Shown: positions 49,513 to 59,601 of the stretch, one piece after another | Layout of the letters: the number at the start of each line of letters is the position of its first letter | How positions within the stretch are numbered: the first letter of the stretch is position 1 | Assembly: GCF_041630135.1 (NCBI RefSeq) | Contig: NZ_JBFKLW010000019.1 | Location: 2,675-66,674 of the forward strand | Reading direction: 5' to 3' | DNA: 64,000 nucleotides | Source: Shewanella sp. | Lineage (GTDB): Bacteria > Pseudomonadota > Gammaproteobacteria > Enterobacterales > Shewanellaceae | Notes under the pieces: model-generated | The model's input: the letters and a program-made list of their open reading frames with translations, nothing else | The model's database searches: none | What the model was told of the DNA's origin: nothing | Position numbers and translations under genes: made by a program

Positions 49513-50475
49513 TTATTTTTTCTCGCCATTTGCTTGATTAAGCTGTTGATACACAAGCCTTGCTCCGGCCAAATCGGCGAGTGCCGAACCGACGCTTTTG
49601 AACAGGGTTATCTCGGAGTCTGATTGTCTGCCGGGAATGGCACCGCTGCAAAGCTCTGCCAACTCAGCGCTTACGGAAGCGAGTTCGTAACACCCTTCGG
49701 CCACAGGCAGCAGTAATTCCCCGGCTTCGTTAAACACATTCAGGCGCGAATCGACAAAAACCTGAGCATTTATCACCAGTTCTGTATCACATTCCCTACA
49801 GTTTTTATGGTGATTGCCGACAAAATCGGTATGGGTGCCTGGCGTGACCAAGGCGCCGCTGAATAGTGGTTCGGGGCTGCCGGTGGCGCAGCTGATGATA
49901 TCGGCCCAGGGTACATCCTGTTCAAGGGTCTGGCTGATGGTCACTGTCATATCTGGCCTTGCCGCCTGAATTTGCCGGCACACCTGCTCGCATTTGGCAG
50001 GGTTTCGCCCCCACACTCTGATCTCACGGATGGGTCTGACACTGGCATGCGCCAGGGCCATGAAAGGTGCCAGATTCCCCGTGCCCAACACCAGCAGTCG
50101 GGAGCTGTTCTTTCGTGCAAGATAATCGGCTGCCAGCGCCGATACGGCAGCCGTGCGCCAGTAGGTGACACTGGTGCCATCCACCAAGGCCTGCGGAGCG
50201 CCAGTTTGGCGATCAAAGAGCAATATTTGTGAGTAAAGGCTCTGAAACCCAGGATTTTTGGCAGTATTATCAGGAAGGTAAGTAAAGGCTTTAACACCAA
50301 TGCTGTGGTCATCCCAGGCTGGCAGAACCGCAAAAGCATCGTGGCTGTCAGATGCCAACGGATATACCTGACGCTGGGGGATAGTCGAGGGTTGGGAAAA
50401 TTGTTGTCGTAATGCCGCAATCAGGGATTCAAACGTCAGTGATTGATGAACCTGTTGAGCATCGATAACTTTCAT
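49513..50475 (-). CDS. ornithine cyclodeaminase / mu-crystallin family protein
   Basis: Rossmann motif LVLGTGNLAP and family-typical length and layout. Confidence 0.75.
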   Translation of the reverse strand: MKVIDAQQVHQSLTFESLIAALRQQFSQPSTIPQRQVYPLASDSHDAFAVLPAWDDHSIGVKAFTYLPDNTAKNPGFQSLYSQILLFDRQTGAPQALVDGTSVTYWRTAAVSALAADYLARKNSSRLLVLGTGNLAPFMALAHASVRPIREIRVWGRNPAKCEQVCRQIQAARPDMTVTISQTLEQDVPWADIISCATGSPEPLFSGALVTPGTHTDFVGNHHKNCRECDTELVINAQVFVDSRLNVFNEAGELLLPVAEGCYELASVSAELAELCSGAIPGRQSDSEITLFKSVGSALADLAGARLVYQQLNQANGEKK

Positions 50476-50759
50476 GAAACACCTGTTTGTTAGTTTTGGT
50501 GGATATCTTGGTAGTCTTGGATATTGTATTCAATATTATCTGGTCTGTAAATTGCAGTATGTAAGTTTTACTTTGTTGAAGGAGCGCAGCTTAGAATAAG
50601 AAGCGCTATAAATTAATAGGTTAAACGAAAAAACACTTGTAATTTGCCGGATGAAAACAGAAAGTACAGGTGATGTTTTTGTTACACGGATGTGTCCATT
50701 TACCAATTTCAGGCTTAGGGTCTACAGTTAATAAGAGTGACCAACCGGGGGAGAGTAAC

Positions 50760-52622
50760 ATGCTCATTCGTCAAAAATTATTGCTCAGCGCATCGTTGTC
50801 CATAGGTGCGCTTATCGTTATGTTTATTCTTCAGCTTTACTCAGGCAAAACACAGGTGGAATTGTCTGTTGCCGCACAAACGGTTGTTGAGCTCGAAAGA
50901 GATATGTTGGAACTCAGAAAAGATGAAAAAGATTTTCTGGATCGTAAAGATTTAGCTTATGTAGATGACCATAAAAAGCATGCAGCCTCTTTGACGGATA
51001 AACTCTCTGACATGCAGTTAGTATTTGAAAAATACGATATCCCTCCTGCGGCGCTTACCAGATTTGGTACTTTGATGAACCAGTATTTGTCGCTGTTTTC
51101 TCAGGTGGTGGATATTGAGAAACAAATAGGCCTTACTCCAAAGGATGGATTATATGGTGCCTTGCGTGATGCTGTGCATAACGTAGAGACATTGCTTAAA
51201 CAACACGACCAAGCTGAAATTGCTGTGCAAATGCTGCAACTGCGAAGAAATGAAAAAGATTTCATGCTACGCCGCGATGCAGCTTACCAGGACAAGTTCG
51301 AAAAAACGCTGGAGAATTTTTACTTGGCGCTGGATTTGTCGGATCTTGATGGTTCGGTAAAGGCGCAGATCCGTCAATTGATGTCTGAATTTCAGAGAAA
51401 CTTCAATGCATTGATTGCAAAGGAGAAAGAGTTTGGATTGTCTAAAACCGATGGCAAGCTGGGGGAGTTGCGTTCAGTTGTAGCCGAAATCGACAAGGTC
51501 GCTTCTGAGTTGCGTGAGCTGGCTCTGGATGAGATCCATAGTGAGGAGGAGGCGGCCATAGCAATGGCGACGACTCTGTTTGCTGTCATTGCGCTGTTGG
51601 TAGCCTTTGTCACCATAATGATTATTCGGGCGATAATTACCCCAATAAACAACATTAATCAGATTATCTCCACAGTAGGACGTGATAAAAATCTGACCTT
51701 GCGTTGCGATACGGCCAGTGAAGATGAAATCGCAGAAGTTGGTATGCATTTCAATCAAATGATTGAAAGTTTTCAGCGGTTAATTCAGCAGGTCAACGAA
51801 GCGGTTGATGTGATGAATCAGTCTTGCAAAGACTTGTCTGCCAATGCCAATCGAACCTCTGAAGGTGTGATGCGTCAGTTAAATGAAACCGATATGGTTG
51901 CCACTGCCATTACAGAGATGGGGGCAACCATCGATGAGATAGCCAAAAATACAGAGTTGGCCGCTGAGCGTGCGAATCTCACTCATCTAAACGCCCAAAA
52001 TGGTCAGTCAAGCGTTGAGCAGACTATTGACAGAATTCAGTCATTGGCGAACCAGTTGAATCATTCGGCATCAGTCGTTGGGGATTTGGAGCGTGACAGC
52101 GGAACTATTGGCAGTGTTTTGGATGTGATCCGCGGCATTGCTGAGCAAACTAATTTATTGGCTCTGAACGCGGCCATTGAAGCGGCAAGAGCTGGTGAAC
52201 AGGGGCGTGGTTTTGCTGTTGTAGCTGATGAAGTTCGCTCACTTGCCATGCGGACTCAGGAATCTACCGAAGAGATAGCAGGAATTATTCAAACTCTGCA
52301 AACCCGCACGCGTTCAATTGTACAACTTATGGAAGCCTGTCAGCGGCAGGGCGGTGAGAGTGCTGAGCAGGCAGCTAGTGCCGGTACCATGTTGGCGCAG
52401 ATTAACGCTGATGTGACCAATATTATGGATATGAGTACCCAGATAGCCGCGGCGATTGAGGAGCAAAGCTCTGTTGCGGCGGAAGTGAATAAAAATGTAG
52501 TGGTGATCCGTGACATTGCCGATGAATCATCACATTCAGCGCTGGCAAATTCCAAAGCTTCGGACGATGTTCGGGAACGGGCGCAATATCTTAAATCCGC
52601 AGTCAGTCAGTTCAGGATTTAG
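50760..52622 (+). CDS. methyl-accepting chemotaxis protein (helical-bundle type sensor)
   Basis: Two TM helices, HAMP, and signalling motif [41 protein letters not shown] before ATG 50760. Confidence 0.9.
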   Translation: MLIRQKLLLSASLSIGALIVMFILQLYSGKTQVELSVAAQTVVELERDMLELRKDEKDFLDRKDLAYVDDHKKHAASLTDKLSDMQLVFEKYDIPPAALTRFGTLMNQYLSLFSQVVDIEKQIGLTPKDGLYGALRDAVHNVETLLKQHDQAEIAVQMLQLRRNEKDFMLRRDAAYQDKFEKTLENFYLALDLSDLDGSVKAQIRQLMSEFQRNFNALIAKEKEFGLSKTDGKLGELRSVVAEIDKVASELRELALDEIHSEEEAAIAMATTLFAVIALLVAFVTIMIIRAIITPINNINQIISTVGRDKNLTLRCDTASEDEIAEVGMHFNQMIESFQRLIQQVNEAVDVMNQSCKDLSANANRTSEGVMRQLNETDMVATAITEMGATIDEIAKNTELAAERANLTHLNAQNGQSSVEQTIDRIQSLANQLNHSASVVGDLERDSGTIGSVLDVIRGIAEQTNLLALNAAIEAARAGEQGRGFAVVADEVRSLAMRTQESTEEIAGIIQTLQTRTRSIVQLMEACQRQGGESAEQAASAGTMLAQINADVTNIMDMSTQIAAAIEEQSSVAAEVNKNVVVIRDIADESSHSALANSKASDDVRERAQYLKSAVSQFRI

Positions 52623-52652
52623 CCTTCAGGTCAATGAACGTGATGAATAATG

Positions 52653-52678
52653 AAAAGCCGCCGCAAGGCGGTTTTTTT
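52653..52678 (+). terminator. terminator after the MCP at 50760-52622
   Basis: AAAAG CCGCC gcaa GGCGG TTTTTTT. Confidence 0.8.
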
Positions 52679-52734
52679 CTGCAAAGCAGTAATTCCTGAC
52701 TAAGCTTAAAGTATTAAAACTTCAGGCTATAAAT

Positions 52735-54309
52735 ATGAAGCTGAATAACTTCACCTTATTATTGGGCAGCGCCCTTACCCTGATTGCTTTTTTCACTTCG
52801 TTTTTGCTTTATGGTTTGTTTTTGCGCCCTAGCCTGACCAATGAGCTGAAGGATCAGCAACTGATGGAAGTAAAGGCCTTGCAGGCGGGAATGGAGTTTT
52901 TTCGCCAGCCGTTGACCACTTTCAGTTTTGATTACGCTGTTTGGGATGACATGGTTGACTTTGTTAATCAGCCCACCGATGAGTTTATAGCTTCCAATTT
53001 GTATGATGATGCCTTTGTAGTCGCAGGGATGGATGCGGCGCTTTTGTTTGATACTGAAGGCAATATTATTTGGTCTTATCTATCACAACCCGGCATGGTA
53101 CCGGAAAGCGCCCATGAGTTTCAGAATTGGGTGGGGGCAATACTGCCCTCTGCGGCGCAGCTTGCGAGTGAGAAACCCAATAGTCGAACCGGATTGCTCA
53201 GATATGGCGCGAAAGTGATGTTTTTCAGCAACAGCGCAGTAATTCCAAGCAAAGGGCAGGGAAGGATTGTGGGCAGTTTTCTGGTGTTGAGGATAGTGGA
53301 TGTATCTTTAACCGAAAAGCTCAAGGCGCTCACTTTGGTGGAATCCAGCCTTTCACTGGCCAATGCCAGACTTCACGGGCATTTACCGTCTTTTCACGGA
53401 GAGCTCAGTGTTGATGCAGTGAGGCACTCGCATCAATGGCTGATAAATGACGTCTTTGACAGCCCCGCTTTGGTGATGACTGTGCAACATCAAAAAGGGG
53501 ATGTGCCATCCTTTATATCTCGTGAGTCCGGATTGATATTTTTGACATTTATGGTCGTATTGTTGGTTGGCAGTATACCTATCTCATTGTTGGTCCTTAC
53601 TCCGCTTGCCAATATCAACAGAGTGCTGATGAAAATGACCTCCCGGGGTAGGATGATAAAGATAAATCAGCGATTCTTTCTGGATGAGCTGGACCGGCTT
53701 ACATCGTCATTTAACCAGCTCGCCGAGATGCTTGAGCGTCATCAGAATTATCTTGAATCTCTGTCTTTGAAAGACCCTTTAACCGGCATTGCCAATCGCA
53801 GGGGCTTGGATGCGTTTGCGAGCCGCGCGCACAAGGAGTGGAGTGACGGCAAGGGGGCGATTGGTTTTTTAATGATAGATGTGGATGAGTTTAAAAAATA
53901 TAACGATACACAGGGGCATGCGGCTGGTGACAAGGTTTTGCTGGCACTGGCGCAGGCATTGCTGATTGAGTGCCGCCGGAGAGGGGAATTGGTTACACGG
54001 TTTGGTGGTGAAGAGTTTTGTGTCGTTATTCAAGGTGACAATGTCACTCAAATGGAGCGCTTGGCCGAACGCATGCTGGTACGGATCCGTTCGTTGGCTA
54101 TTCCTCATCCAGCCGGCCAATTTGGTTTGGTTACTATCAGTATTGGCGGAGTCTTATTTGAGCGTTTTGACAGCCAATTTAAAGATACCTCCTGGCAAGA
54201 TATGCTGGTGATGGCTGATAAACAACTTTATCTGGCTAAATCTGAGGGGCGGAATCGTGTTTGTTTGCGGTTTATGCAGGCGGCCAAGTTGGTCAAAACC
54301 GTTGGATGA
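52735..54309 (+). CDS. membrane diguanylate cyclase with a periplasmic sensor domain (CHASE4-like?)
   Basis: Two TM helices flanking a ~240-aa periplasmic region. GGDEF domain (RFGGEEF) with a degenerate I-site (RRGE). Confidence 0.85.
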   Translation: MKLNNFTLLLGSALTLIAFFTSFLLYGLFLRPSLTNELKDQQLMEVKALQAGMEFFRQPLTTFSFDYAVWDDMVDFVNQPTDEFIASNLYDDAFVVAGMDAALLFDTEGNIIWSYLSQPGMVPESAHEFQNWVGAILPSAAQLASEKPNSRTGLLRYGAKVMFFSNSAVIPSKGQGRIVGSFLVLRIVDVSLTEKLKALTLVESSLSLANARLHGHLPSFHGELSVDAVRHSHQWLINDVFDSPALVMTVQHQKGDVPSFISRESGLIFLTFMVVLLVGSIPISLLVLTPLANINRVLMKMTSRGRMIKINQRFFLDELDRLTSSFNQLAEMLERHQNYLESLSLKDPLTGIANRRGLDAFASRAHKEWSDGKGAIGFLMIDVDEFKKYNDTQGHAAGDKVLLALAQALLIECRRRGELVTRFGGEEFCVVIQGDNVTQMERLAERMLVRIRSLAIPHPAGQFGLVTISIGGVLFERFDSQFKDTSWQDMLVMADKQLYLAKSEGRNRVCLRFMQAAKLVKTVG

Positions 54310-54357
54310 ATTAACCAGCATCTGCAACGAGCAGCAATTACCTATAGCTTGAAATAT

Positions 54358-54389
54358 AAAACGCCTGATGAAAAATATCAGGCGTTTTT
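54358..54389. terminator. bidirectional terminator between the GGDEF gene and the MCP
   Basis: AAAACGCCTGAT gaaaaat ATCAGGCGTTTTT. Confidence 0.85.
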
Positions 54390-54447
54390 ACGTTGAAAAG
54401 ATTCAATCTGCTTTACGGTTGGGCAGTTCTGAATTCGATAAAGTCTT

Positions 54448-56076
54448 TCAGTGCAAAACAAAGGTTCCCATCTGTTGCCGCATTTCCGTCGCCAGCCGGG
54501 AAAGCTTTGCCACAGCATTTGTCATGTTATTGGAAGCTTCGGTTGACTCCTGCGCTATGTCACTGATGGCGATAACGCTGCGATTTATACTTTCGGCAAC
54601 ACTGCTTTGCTCTTCGGCTGCGGTGGCTATATGGGTATTGAGCTGAGTGATAGTGTCTACCGCATTGACTATGTCGCGCAGTGCTTCCCCAGCACGATTA
54701 GTACTGATATTGGCAGCGTCGACCTGTTCTATGCCCTTTTCCATGGAGCTGACAGCACCCTTAACCCCTTGCTGTAGCGATTCGATCATGGATTCAATTT
54801 CCTGAGTAGATTCACTGGTGCGCTGTGCAAGGGTTCTTACTTCGTCAGCGACTACCGCAAAACCTCTCCCTTGTTCGCCGGCCCTTGCTGCTTCAATAGC
54901 GGCGTTAAGCGCCAGAAGATTAGTTTGTTCTGCGATGCTTTTAATAACATCAAGCACCCTGCCGATGTTCTGACTCTCAGTTGCCAATTGTCCAATCACC
55001 GAGGCAGTGCTCTGGATCTGAGTGGCGAGTGAAGACATGCTGGAAATTGATTGTTGAACGATATTATCGCCTTTTGTAGCGCTGTCGTCGGCGCTTTTGG
55101 CAGAAAGTGCTGCCGAGTTACTGCTTTGGGCAACTTCAGCCACTGCAGCGGTCATTTGGTTCATTGCTGTGGCTGTTTGTTCAGTTTCCGACTGCTGTTG
55201 ATACATACGTTCGTTAGCTTGTCGGGTGTAGTCGTTAAGCTCTTCAGCTGCATCACCAAGGGTTGCTGCGGCACCGGCAATGTTTTTCAAGATGCTTTGC
55301 AAATGTTCGACCACGCCGTTGAGATCTTTGGAAATGTGCCCAAGTTCGTCTTCATGAAACACTTCAAATATAACCGTCATGTCAGATTCTTCGCGAATTT
55401 GCCGCAGCTTTCGGCGGATCTCAGTTACCGGCAGCATTACGCCACGATTCACCCAGTAACCAATCAATGAAGTGATGGCCACTGCCAAAATGGCCAAACC
55501 GGAAAACCAGAACACTGAACTTGAATGCAAAGCTTCAACATTTTCACGCTCTTCACCGGCAATCCGTATTTGAAGGCTGACAAGCTCGGCAATTTTGCCG
55601 CTGATAGGATCAATCACCTCGTACAGAGGCATGATATCGCTGGTGAGTTGGCCGTTGATATTGCCTGACATGCCGTTAAGTTTATTGTGCAGTTTGCTAA
55701 TCTGTTCATTGGCTGGGCCGAAGAGCCGCTGGGCTTCGCTGGCAAGAACCCTTTCTTCGTCGGTCAGTTCAGTGGCCATGTACTTTTGCCAGCGTTCGTT
55801 GATACTTTGGCTGGCATCTGCAAGACCACTTCTTGCTTCTTCTGCTGAGAATCCACCGGCATTGGCCTTATTGATGGCATCAATTACAAAGACGGCGTAG
55901 TCATCGCCGATGAGTTTGAGATCTTCAAGTGGCACAACCCTGTCGTTGTAGATGGTCAGCACGCCATCTTCAATTTTCGACATGATAGTTAGCGAGGAGC
56001 CGCAAATGATCATCAGCAAGGTTACGGGAAGGAAAAAGCCTAGCAGCATTTTGTGTTTGATCTGCAGCTGATTCAT
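54448..56076 (-). CDS. methyl-accepting chemotaxis protein
   Basis: Two TM helices, HAMP, and [31 protein letters not shown]. Confidence 0.9.
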   Translation of the reverse strand: MNQLQIKHKMLLGFFLPVTLLMIICGSSLTIMSKIEDGVLTIYNDRVVPLEDLKLIGDDYAVFVIDAINKANAGGFSAEEARSGLADASQSINERWQKYMATELTDEERVLASEAQRLFGPANEQISKLHNKLNGMSGNINGQLTSDIMPLYEVIDPISGKIAELVSLQIRIAGEERENVEALHSSSVFWFSGLAILAVAITSLIGYWVNRGVMLPVTEIRRKLRQIREESDMTVIFEVFHEDELGHISKDLNGVVEHLQSILKNIAGAAATLGDAAEELNDYTRQANERMYQQQSETEQTATAMNQMTAAVAEVAQSSNSAALSAKSADDSATKGDNIVQQSISSMSSLATQIQSTASVIGQLATESQNIGRVLDVIKSIAEQTNLLALNAAIEAARAGEQGRGFAVVADEVRTLAQRTSESTQEIESMIESLQQGVKGAVSSMEKGIEQVDAANISTNRAGEALRDIVNAVDTITQLNTHIATAAEEQSSVAESINRSVIAISDIAQESTEASNNMTNAVAKLSRLATEMRQQMGTFVLH

Positions 56077-56202
56077 GACACACCCCCATGAAGGGAAACC
56101 GCCGTTCCTTTATGATGGCCCTGTCATACCTTTGGTTGAACCATAAATTAAGGTATAGCAAAAAGAGGGGGACTTCGGAGGATGAATAAAAATTTCAGGC
56201 AC

Positions 56203-56226
56203 AAAAAAACCTCGCAATAGCGAGGT
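56203..56226 (-). terminator. terminator of the tRNA operon
   Basis: On the minus strand: CCTCGC tatt GCGAGG TTTTTTT. Confidence 0.8.
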
Positions 56227-56234
56227 TAATTTGT

Positions 56235-56321
56235 TGGTACAGGTGAGAAGACTTGAACTTCCACGCTCGTAAGAGCACCAGCACCTGAAGCTGGCGTGTC
56301 TACCAATTCCACCACACCTGC
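56235..56321 (-). tRNA. tRNA-Leu (anticodon CAG), copy 1
   Basis: 87-nt cloverleaf with long variable arm: GCAGGTGTGGTGGAATTGGTAGACACGCCAGCTTCAGGTGCTGG...TTCAAGTCTTCTCACCTGTACCA. Encoded CCA. Confidence 0.95.
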
Positions 56322-56351
56322 ACTGTATTGTTAAAGACTCTTTGTGTTAAT

Positions 56352-56438
56352 TGGTACAGGTGAGAAGACTTGAACTTCCACGCCCGTAAGGGCACCAGCA
56401 CCTGAAGCTGGCGTGTCTACCAATTCCACCACACCTGC
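56352..56438 (-). tRNA. tRNA-Leu (anticodon CAG), copy 2
   Basis: Same as copy 1 apart from a compensated base pair in the variable arm. Confidence 0.95.
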
Positions 56439-56489
56439 ACTGTACTGCTTTGCAATTTCCCCAGTCGCCTGAGCACCTTAAGTTGAAGG

Positions 56490-56565
56490 TGGTGCCCGAA
56501 CCCGGAATCGAACCAGGGACACGCGGATTTTCAATCCGCTGCTCTACCAACTGAGCTATTCGGGC
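56490..56565 (-). tRNA. tRNA-Phe (anticodon GAA)
   Basis: 76 nt: GCCCGAATAGCTCAGTTGGTAGAGCAGCGGATTGAAAATCCGCGTGTCCCTGGTTCGATTCCGGGTTCGGGCACCA. Confidence 0.97.
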
Positions 56566-56575
56566 GACGGGGTGC

Positions 56576-56604
56576 ATTAAATAGCTTTTGCGGATTTGAG
56601 TCAA
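56576..56604 (-). promoter_or_regulatory. sigma70 promoter of the tRNA-Phe-Leu-Leu operon
   Basis: On the minus strand: TTGACT, a 17-nt spacer, TTTAAT, then the GC-rich discriminator GCACCCC. An AT-rich UP-like tract lies upstream. Confidence 0.6.
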
Positions 56605-56816
56605 CTCTTTTCTCAGGAATATTTCAAAAATACGTGTGTTTGGATAAGTTTTGCCCGAATCGTCCTGAGGGCGGTGTTTTTGTGTATTTTAATTGCGCAG
56701 CATGGCCAGTAAAGCACTTGATAAGGGCAGATTTTGGAAGATTGGAAATTGGCTGCAGTACCTATAAAGAATGCGAACTGAAAAATGAAATCTCTATTTT
56801 TGTGCCTGAGCACCCT

Positions 56817-56849
56817 AAAAAAACAACGCCCAGCTATTTGCCGGGCGTT
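56817..56849 (-). terminator. terminator after bamD
   Basis: On the minus strand: AACGCCCGG caaatag CTGGGCGTT GTTTTTTT. Confidence 0.8.
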
Positions 56850-56866
56850 GTGTAAGAGAATTCCGC

Positions 56867-57631
56867 TCAGTTTTGCAGCATTTCATTGTTGGGATAATTT
56901 TCCCGCATCACCATTAATACATGTGACTTCAGCTGCTCTTGTCCCAATTCATCATAGGCTTGTACCATGATTTCCAGTGCCCGCTCGGTGGACGGGGTTC
57001 CCGGGAAGCCTTCCATAACAGTTTGGGCTCTGACAGCGGCTGCACTCCAGGCATGCATCTTTACGTAGTATTCTGCAACCTGAATTGAATATCGCGCCAG
57101 GCGGTTTTTCAAGTACTGCATACGCTGACGAGCATCAGCGGCATACTTGCTGTTGGGATAAGTCTTCAGCAGGCGGTCGAAGTCCTTGAACGCGTCCATT
57201 GCATTCTTGGGGTCGCGATCGGTACGGTCGATATTCATCATATCGTGGAACAGATAACTGTCAGCCTGCATATTGACCAAGCCTCGCATATATTGCACGT
57301 AGTCAACATCTGAGTGTGTGGGGTTCAGACGCAGAAAGCGGTCGATATTGGCAAGAGCCTGTGGTGCATCATCCAACTTATAATAGGCGTAGATCAGATC
57401 CAGTTGCACCTGGGTTTTGTGCGGACCAAAGGGAAAGCGGGAGTCCAGGGCCTCCAGGTTTTTTACCGCTTTGGAGAAATTTCCGAGTTCCATGGAGGTT
57501 CTGGCCTGAGCATAAAGAGCCTCGGGCGACTTCTGACTCAGTACGACATCTTCCTGACTTCCTGTGCTGCTACAAGCACCTAAGACCAGAGCTAACAAGG
57601 CAACGGCCGAGCCTTTGGCAATTTTTGACAT
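56867..57631 (-). CDS. bamD: outer-membrane protein assembly factor BamD
   Basis: Lipobox LGAC and TPR-like repeats. Conserved position divergent from rluD. Confidence 0.9.
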   Translation of the reverse strand: MSKIAKGSAVALLALVLGACSSTGSQEDVVLSQKSPEALYAQARTSMELGNFSKAVKNLEALDSRFPFGPHKTQVQLDLIYAYYKLDDAPQALANIDRFLRLNPTHSDVDYVQYMRGLVNMQADSYLFHDMMNIDRTDRDPKNAMDAFKDFDRLLKTYPNSKYAADARQRMQYLKNRLARYSIQVAEYYVKMHAWSAAAVRAQTVMEGFPGTPSTERALEIMVQAYDELGQEQLKSHVLMVMRENYPNNEMLQN

Positions 57632-57753
57632 ACGCTAATTCAATTCTTTTGAAGTTATAGTTAAGAATTCTTCCATTTCACGATAAAATGGAAAGCATCC
57701 GATTGTAACAGATAGCACACCAATTTGGACCCCGAAGGTGGGGTACGGTTCCC

Positions 57754-58728
57754 ATGACCCAAGAGATTAATCTAAAAAGCGAGATTTCAGCAACACAAAC
57801 GGGGCTGAGACTGGATCAGGCTGTTGCGGAATTATTTCCCGACTATTCACGCACCCGTATCAAAGAATGGATATTGGCAGGCAATGTCTATGTGGATGGC
57901 GTCTCCGTGACCAAACCCCGTGAAAAGGTGCTGGAATCCCAGGTGATCGAAATCGAAGCCTACCTTGAAGAAGAGGTGGTAGCTGAAGCGCAGGCCATCG
58001 ATTTGGATATTGTTTATGAAGATGACGACATTCTGATTATCAATAAGCAGGCCGGTTTGGTGGTTCACCCCGGAGCTGGCAATGCCGATGGCACCCTGAT
58101 GAATGCACTTTTGCACCATTGCCCTGAAATTGAGCATGTGCCCAGAGCCGGTATCATCCATCGTCTGGATAAAGACACCACAGGTTTGATGGTGGTGGCC
58201 AAAACTGTTGAGGCTCAGACTCATCTGGTGGCGGCATTGCAAGCCCGTGAAATTACCCGTGAGTACGAGGCTATTGTATTGGGTACCATGACAGCCGGTG
58301 GCACTGTGGATGAGCCCATTGGTCGTCATCCGACCAAACGCACCCATATGGCGGTGCATCATGGTGGTCGTCCTTCGGTGACTCATTATCGGGTGGCTGA
58401 AAAGTTTCGCGCCCATACCCGTTTGCGTTTGCGCCTTGAAACCGGCCGTACTCATCAAATTCGTGTACATATGGCGCACATTGGTCATGTGCTGGTGGGT
58501 GACCCTGTGTATGGTGGCCGTCCCAAACCGCCCAAGAATGCCAGCCCTGAGTTTTTTGAAATTCTGAAAGGTTTTACTCGTCAGGCGCTGCATGCGGTGA
58601 GGCTGGAGCTTGCGCACCCGGTGACCATGGAAATCATGACCTTTAATGCGCCGATCCCTGAGGATATGGTGCAGCTGACCAAGGCGCTTCGTAAAGACAC
58701 CGAAGCCAACCCGCAGGATCACCTGTAA
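57754..58728 (+). CDS. rluD: 23S rRNA pseudouridine(1911/1915/1917) synthase
   Basis: S4 domain and catalytic motif HRLDKDTTGLMVVAK. bamD-rluD-yfiH-clpB synteny. Confidence 0.9.
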   Translation: MTQEINLKSEISATQTGLRLDQAVAELFPDYSRTRIKEWILAGNVYVDGVSVTKPREKVLESQVIEIEAYLEEEVVAEAQAIDLDIVYEDDDILIINKQAGLVVHPGAGNADGTLMNALLHHCPEIEHVPRAGIIHRLDKDTTGLMVVAKTVEAQTHLVAALQAREITREYEAIVLGTMTAGGTVDEPIGRHPTKRTHMAVHHGGRPSVTHYRVAEKFRAHTRLRLRLETGRTHQIRVHMAHIGHVLVGDPVYGGRPKPPKNASPEFFEILKGFTRQALHAVRLELAHPVTMEIMTFNAPIPEDMVQLTKALRKDTEANPQDHL

Positions 58729-58729
58729 C

Positions 58730-59494
58730 ATGCCCATTGGCGAATGGCTCATCCCCCAGGGGGTACACCTGGCGTTTACCAGCCGTAATGGTGGTGTAAG
58801 TCAGGCTCCTTACAGCAGCCTTAATTTAGGGTTGCATGTGGGGGATGATGCCGGATGCGTGCTTGAAAATCGCACCATTGTGCACCAGCGGCTCGGTCTG
58901 TGCGCCGAACCCGTGTGGTTGGAACAGGTGCATGGCATACATGTTCATACCATCAGCAAATCAGATACCAGTGCATCTGGTAAGGCATCTATGGTTGCTG
59001 GCGGATCTGAAGTTCCCAAAGCCGATGCCTGCTACACCAAGGTGCCCGGTGCCGTGTGTGTGGTGATGAGTGCCGACTGTCTGCCGGTGCTGTTTGCCTC
59101 CAGGGATGGCCTTGAAGTGGCAGCAGCGCACGCAGGCTGGCGAGGCCTGTGTGAGGGTGTACTTGAGGCCACTCTGGCACAGTTTGAATCAGCGGCAACA
59201 GATATCTACGCCTACCTTGGGCCTGCCATTGGCCCTACTGCCTTTGAAGTTGGTGCCGAGGTACGTGCGGCTTTTATAGTGCAAGACGCCCAGGCGGAAT
59301 GCTGTTTTGAAGACATTGGCGGCGGAAAGTACCTTGCCGATATCTTTGCCCTTGCGCGCCAGCGTCTTGGTCGTGCTGGAATCAAGCATTGTTTTGGCGA
59401 CGATATTTGTACCTACTCTAATCCATCCGAATATTTTTCTTATCGCCGCGACCGGGTCACTGGCCGCATGGCAGCGCTTATCTGGCGAGATTGA
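58730..59494 (+). CDS. yfiH: YfiH/PgeF family (Cu-oxidase_4 / DUF152) protein
   Basis: Motifs SADCLPVL and AHAGWRG. It starts 2 nt after the rluD stop. Confidence 0.88.
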   Translation: MPIGEWLIPQGVHLAFTSRNGGVSQAPYSSLNLGLHVGDDAGCVLENRTIVHQRLGLCAEPVWLEQVHGIHVHTISKSDTSASGKASMVAGGSEVPKADACYTKVPGAVCVVMSADCLPVLFASRDGLEVAAAHAGWRGLCEGVLEATLAQFESAATDIYAYLGPAIGPTAFEVGAEVRAAFIVQDAQAECCFEDIGGGKYLADIFALARQRLGRAGIKHCFGDDICTYSNPSEYFSYRRDRVTGRMAALIWRD

Positions 59495-59527
59495 TTCGCA
59501 TTTTTGAAGGTGGGCGAATTTTGTCCA

Positions 59528-59555
59528 CTTGAAAAATCCCCATTCAGCCCCATCT
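59528..59555 (+). promoter_or_regulatory. sigma32 (heat-shock) promoter of clpB
   Basis: CTTGAAA, a 13-nt spacer, then CCCCATCT. This is a near-perfect match to the RpoH consensus CTTGAAA-N13-15-CCCCATNT, about 47 nt upstream of the clpB ATG. Confidence 0.8.
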
Positions 59556-59601
59556 TTTAGGAAACCCCGGAATCCCTGCGGTTCGTGTTTCAGGAGGCTG
59601 T

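Noticed and set aside
50670-50759. N-terminal extensions offered by the ORF track. The affected track starts are 50670, 29510, 32551, 62941, 37802, 15747, 8499, 5720, 2400, 46472, 20184 and 45995.
   Set aside because: In each case a downstream ATG or GTG has a proper Shine-Dalgarno sequence at 6-10 nt and gives a sensible N-terminus (signal peptide, TM, or homologue-like start). The extensions add non-homologous residues.
56347-56604. 85-aa ORF on the minus strand
   Set aside because: It is a read-through of tRNA-Phe and tRNA-Leu copy 2. The region is fully explained by the tRNA genes.
56077-56866. Genomic-island integration at the tRNA-Phe/Leu locus
   Set aside because: There is no integrase, no duplicated tRNA 3' end and no phage or IS genes on either side. 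bamD-rluD-yfiH-clpB on one flank is conserved core synteny.
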